A stretch of DNA of 40,071 bases from Calditrichia bacterium (GTDB taxonomy: Bacteria; Calditrichota; Calditrichia; RBG-13-44-9): the NCBI GenBank assembly GCA_037381445.1, contig JARRQT010000024.1, positions 1 through 40,071 of the forward strand. Direction: 5' to 3'. Below, in pieces: positions 36,506 to 40,071 of the stretch (the stretch's first letter is position 1; each line of letters starts with the position of its first letter). A model generated the notes under the pieces. The model saw nothing but the letters and a program-made list of their open reading frames with translations. It had not been told where the DNA came from and made no database searches. Made by a program: the position numbers and the translations under genes.

Positions 36506-36634
36506 CCGGAAAGAAATGACCGGTTTTTCAGGGCAAATAAATACGCCGGCAGAATCTGTTTTGAAACAGGGACGGACCCGAACAGGACGCCAGTCCGAAA
36601 ATCAAAACCCGCCGGCGGCAACGGAGACAATTCC

Positions 36635-39600
36635 ATGCTGAATAAAATTATTGAAGCTTCGGTAAATAACCGTTTTCTGGTTATCATTTTTACCGTTATG
36701 CTGCTGCTGGCGGGCGCCTATATCATGCTCCGCACGCCGGTGGATGCCATCCCCGACCTGAGCGATGTGCAGGTCATTGTCTATACAAACTATCCCGGCC
36801 AGGCGCCCCAGGTGGTGGAAGACCAGGTTACCTATCCGCTTACCACCGCCATGCTTTCGGTCCCCGATGCCAAGGTGGTGCGCGGGTATTCTTTCTTCGG
36901 CACTTCCTTCGTCTATATCATCTTTAAAGACGGCACCGATCTTTACTGGGCCCGCAGCCGAGTGCTGGAATCCCTGAATTCGGCGGCAAACCGCCTGCCG
37001 GAGGGAGTGACTCCGCAATTGGGGCCGGACGCCACCGGCGTCGGATGGGTCTATGAATATACTCTGGATGGCGGCAGCAAATACAATCTTCAGCAGCTTC
37101 GCTCGCTGCAGGACTGGTACCTTCGTTACGAACTCACCAGCGTACCCGGCGTGGCGGAAGTGGCCAGCATCGGGGGATATGTCAAGCAATACCAGGTGGA
37201 AGTGGACCCGGATAAACTGGCGGCCTATAATATACCGCTTTCAAAAGTGCGGCAGGCCATCAAACGCAGCAATAATGATGTGGGCGGCCGCCTGGTGGAA
37301 AGCGGTGAAAACGAATTTATGGTGCGGGGCCTGGGTTACATTCAGTCGCTTCAGGATATGGAAAATATTCCGGTCGGCGTGGATAAAAACGGCGTAGCGA
37401 TCCTGATCAAAAATATTGCCAATGTCCAACTGGGTCCGGAGCTGCGCCGGGGCGTGGCGGACTGGAACGGCAAAGGAGAGACAGTCGGCGGCGTCATTGT
37501 CATGCGCTACGGGGAGAATGCCCTGAAAACCATTCATGCCGTGAAAGCGAAGCTGCAGGCGCTTAAAAAGGGGTTGCCCGATGGGGTCACCATCAGAACC
37601 GCCTACGACCGCTCTTCTCTCATTGAGCGGGCCATCGACAATCTGAAGCATAAGCTGCTGGAAGAAAGTATCATCGTGGCCCTGGTGACCATCCTTTTCC
37701 TGCTCCACTTTCGCAGCGCCTTTGTCGCCATTTTCACCCTGCCCATGGGTATATTGATGTCCTTTATCATCATGTATTACCAGGGGCTGAATGCGAACAT
37801 CATGTCATTGAGCGGAATTGCCATCGCGATTGGGGCCATGGTGGATGCCGCCATTGTCATGATCGAGAATGCCCACAAGCACCTGGAACGGGATATCGGC
37901 AGGAAAGACCACTGGCAGATCATCATCGATTCTTCCAAAGAGGTGGGCCCCGCCCTGTTTTATTCGCTCTTGATTATTACGCTTTCATTTCTCCCCGTGT
38001 TCACCCTGCAGGCGCAGGAAGGGCGGCTGTTCAAACCGCTGGCCTTCACCAAGACCTATGCCATGGCTTCCTCGGCTCTTCTGGCCATAACGGTGGTGCC
38101 GGTCCTGATGGGATTTTTTATCCGGGGCAAGATTATCCCCGAGAAAAAGAATCCAGTCAACCGCTTTCTCATCAAAATCTACCGCCCGGTCATTAACCTG
38201 GTACTGCGTTTCAAATGGGCGACAATTGCCATCGCTCTGGTCATTCTGCTGGCTTCGGTCTTTCCCGTGGAGCATATCGGATCGGAGTTCATGCCGCCGC
38301 TGAATGAAGGAGACCTTCTCTATATGCCGACCACCGATCCGGAAATCAGCATCACCAAAGCCAAACAGCTCCTGCAGCAGACCGACCGGATTATCAAGAA
38401 TTTCCCGGAAGTGAAGACGGTGTTCGGGAAAGTGGGACGGGCCGAGACAGCTACCGATCCGGCGCCGCTTTCCATGATCGAAACCACCATCACCCTGAAA
38501 CCGGAAAGCGAATGGCCCGCCGGGATGACCATGGATAAACTGGTGGATCAGCTCAATAACGCCATTCAGTTTCCGGGCGTAACCAACGCCTGGACCATGC
38601 CCATCAAGACCCGGATCGATATGCTTTCCACCGGGATAAAGACCCCGGTTGGCATAAAGCTGATGGGGCCGGACCTGCAGACCCTTTCTGATCTTGGGGG
38701 CCGCATCGCGGCGGTTGTGCGGCAGGTTAAGGGCACTGCCAGTGTGTTCGCGGACAAGACCGTGGGCGGAAACTACCTGGACTATCATATCAACCGCGAA
38801 GAAGCCGCCCGTTACGGATTGACGGTCGGCGATGTGGAAGATGTGATCATGTCCGCCATCGGCGGCATGAACGTTACCAGCACGGTGGAAGGGCTGCAGC
38901 GCTATCCGGTCAATGTGCGCTACCCGCGGGAGCTGCGCGACAATATCCAGGCGCTGAACCGGGTGCTGATCCCCACGCCCTCCGGCGCCCAGATTCCGTT
39001 GCGCTATGTGGCGGATGTGGAGATCAGGAAAGGGCCGCCGGTCATAAAAAGTGAAAATGCCCGGAAAACCGCCTGGCTCTACGTGGATATCAAAAATATA
39101 GATGTGGGAAGTTTTGTGGCCAATGCCAAAAAACTTGTGGATGAGCAGGTCAAATTTCCGGAAGGCTACAGCATCGTATGGAGCGGTCAGTATGAATACA
39201 TGCAGCGTGCCCAGCAGCGTCTGCGCATTGTGATCCCCATTACTCTGCTCATTATTTTCCTGCTGCTCTATTTCAATTTCAGAAATATCCAGGAGAGCCT
39301 GATTGTCATGCTCTCGCTGCCCTTTTCACTGGTTGGCGGCATCTGGTTTTTGTGCATCCTGGGTTATAACTTCAGCGTTGCGGTGGGAGTGGGCTTTATC
39401 GCCCTGGCCGGCGTGGCTTCAGAAACCGGGGTGGTGATGCTCATCTACCTGGACCATGCATTCAATGAGCGCAAACTGAGCGGAAAGATGCGCAGCATGA
39501 AAGATCTTTATGGGGCGGTGATTGAAGGCGCCGTGGAACGGGTTCGCCCCAAGATGATGACGGTGACCGCCATCATGGCCGGTCTGCTGCCTATCCTGTG

Positions 39601-39787
39601 GGGACATGGCACCGGTTCACAGGTCATGAAACGAATAGCGGCGCCAATGGTTGGCGGAATGGTCACTTCCACCCTGTTGACGCTGGTTGTCATTCCGGCC
39701 ATTTACTACCTGTGGAAAACCCGGGAAGTCAGACGGATTGCGGCGGAGATAGAAAAACAAAATAACAATGGACTTCAGAATAGATAG
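36635..39787 (+). CDS. cusA: CusA/CzcA family heavy-metal efflux RND transporter (Cu+/Ag+ type)
   Basis: DAIPDLSDVQV, EDQVTYPL, DLYWARSRVLE, LGPDATGVGWVY, GAMVDAAIV. Cu(I) Met triad equivalents LLYMP, PLSMIET, WTMPIK. ERVRPKMMT, MKRIAAPMVGGM. Confidence 0.96.
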   Translation: MLNKIIEASVNNRFLVIIFTVMLLLAGAYIMLRTPVDAIPDLSDVQVIVYTNYPGQAPQVVEDQVTYPLTTAMLSVPDAKVVRGYSFFGTSFVYIIFKDGTDLYWARSRVLESLNSAANRLPEGVTPQLGPDATGVGWVYEYTLDGGSKYNLQQLRSLQDWYLRYELTSVPGVAEVASIGGYVKQYQVEVDPDKLAAYNIPLSKVRQAIKRSNNDVGGRLVESGENEFMVRGLGYIQSLQDMENIPVGVDKNGVAILIKNIANVQLGPELRRGVADWNGKGETVGGVIVMRYGENALKTIHAVKAKLQALKKGLPDGVTIRTAYDRSSLIERAIDNLKHKLLEESIIVALVTILFLLHFRSAFVAIFTLPMGILMSFIIMYYQGLNANIMSLSGIAIAIGAMVDAAIVMIENAHKHLERDIGRKDHWQIIIDSSKEVGPALFYSLLIITLSFLPVFTLQAQEGRLFKPLAFTKTYAMASSALLAITVVPVLMGFFIRGKIIPEKKNPVNRFLIKIYRPVINLVLRFKWATIAIALVILLASVFPVEHIGSEFMPPLNEGDLLYMPTTDPEISITKAKQLLQQTDRIIKNFPEVKTVFGKVGRAETATDPAPLSMIETTITLKPESEWPAGMTMDKLVDQLNNAIQFPGVTNAWTMPIKTRIDMLSTGIKTPVGIKLMGPDLQTLSDLGGRIAAVVRQVKGTASVFADKTVGGNYLDYHINREEAARYGLTVGDVEDVIMSAIGGMNVTSTVEGLQRYPVNVRYPRELRDNIQALNRVLIPTPSGAQIPLRYVADVEIRKGPPVIKSENARKTAWLYVDIKNIDVGSFVANAKKLVDEQVKFPEGYSIVWSGQYEYMQRAQQRLRIVIPITLLIIFLLLYFNFRNIQESLIVMLSLPFSLVGGIWFLCILGYNFSVAVGVGFIALAGVASETGVVMLIYLDHAFNERKLSGKMRSMKDLYGAVIEGAVERVRPKMMTVTAIMAGLLPILWGHGTGSQVMKRIAAPMVGGMVTSTLLTLVVIPAIYYLWKTREVRRIAAEIEKQNNNGLQNR

Positions 39788-39897
39788 TGTAACAGGAGAA
39801 AAAGTCCCCGGAAGGTTTTATTGATAAGGGACAGAACAATAAAAACGCAAATCGTCTCTTTGGTAACAATTAGCTTATACAAAAAAGGAGTCCCAAA

Positions 39898-40071
39898 TTG
39901 AAAGAAGTGAAAGCCTATATCCGCTGCCAGAAAGCAGAAATCGTCATCGGCGCGCTGGAATCATTAGGCATTAAAGGAATCACCCTTATCGATGTCATGG
40001 GCGTCGGGCAGCTCGCAGATCCCCGCTCTGCCAAATATTCTGTTGCGTGCGTGGAGAAATATTCAGAAGTC
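39898..40071 (+). CDS. P-II family protein (partial, runs off the right edge)
   Basis: AAGGAG RBS and TTG start. MKEVKAYIRCQKAEIVIGALESLGIKGITLIDVMGVGQ matches the P-II N-terminus (K.I.A.IR....V..AL...G..G.T...V.G.G). Confidence 0.85.
   Translation, partial: MKEVKAYIRCQKAEIVIGALESLGIKGITLIDVMGVGQLADPRSAKYSVACVEKYSEV

Noticed and set aside
1..40071. CRISPR array, tRNA/rRNA, intact transposase or prophage genes
   Set aside because: No regularly spaced direct repeats, cloverleaf signatures or integrase/transposase/phage ORFs were seen.

Overview
A 40-kb bacterial window, probably from an FCB-superphylum lineage outside Bacteroidia such as Calditrichota/KSB1. This is inferred from 'QNYPNPFNP' T9SS C-terminal domains, a PorV/PorQ-family gene and strong Shine-Dalgarno sites. 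The core (5.4-19.8 kb) is a divergent cluster: a SusD-less TonB-dependent receptor, a 1205-aa secreted protein with an atypical sorting domain, a PorV/PorQ-family beta-barrel and three T9SS-secreted beta-propeller proteins. Around it lie genes whose families act on peptidoglycan stem peptides or their products: an M23 peptidase, an SH3-NlpC/P60 peptidase, an SpmA/SpmB membrane protein, DacB/PBP4, LysA, an alanine:cation symporter, a secreted M14 peptidase, a Tat-exported D-aminoacylase and a transglutaminase-like lipoprotein. Together these suggest a peptidoglycan/necromass utilisation locus. The right end holds a CusBA-type Cu/Ag efflux operon with a P-II-like gene. Four genes look damaged by deletion or truncation: the M23 gene, the NlpC/P60 gene, a PD-(D/E)XK nuclease and probably cusC. 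No rRNA, tRNA or CRISPR array was seen.
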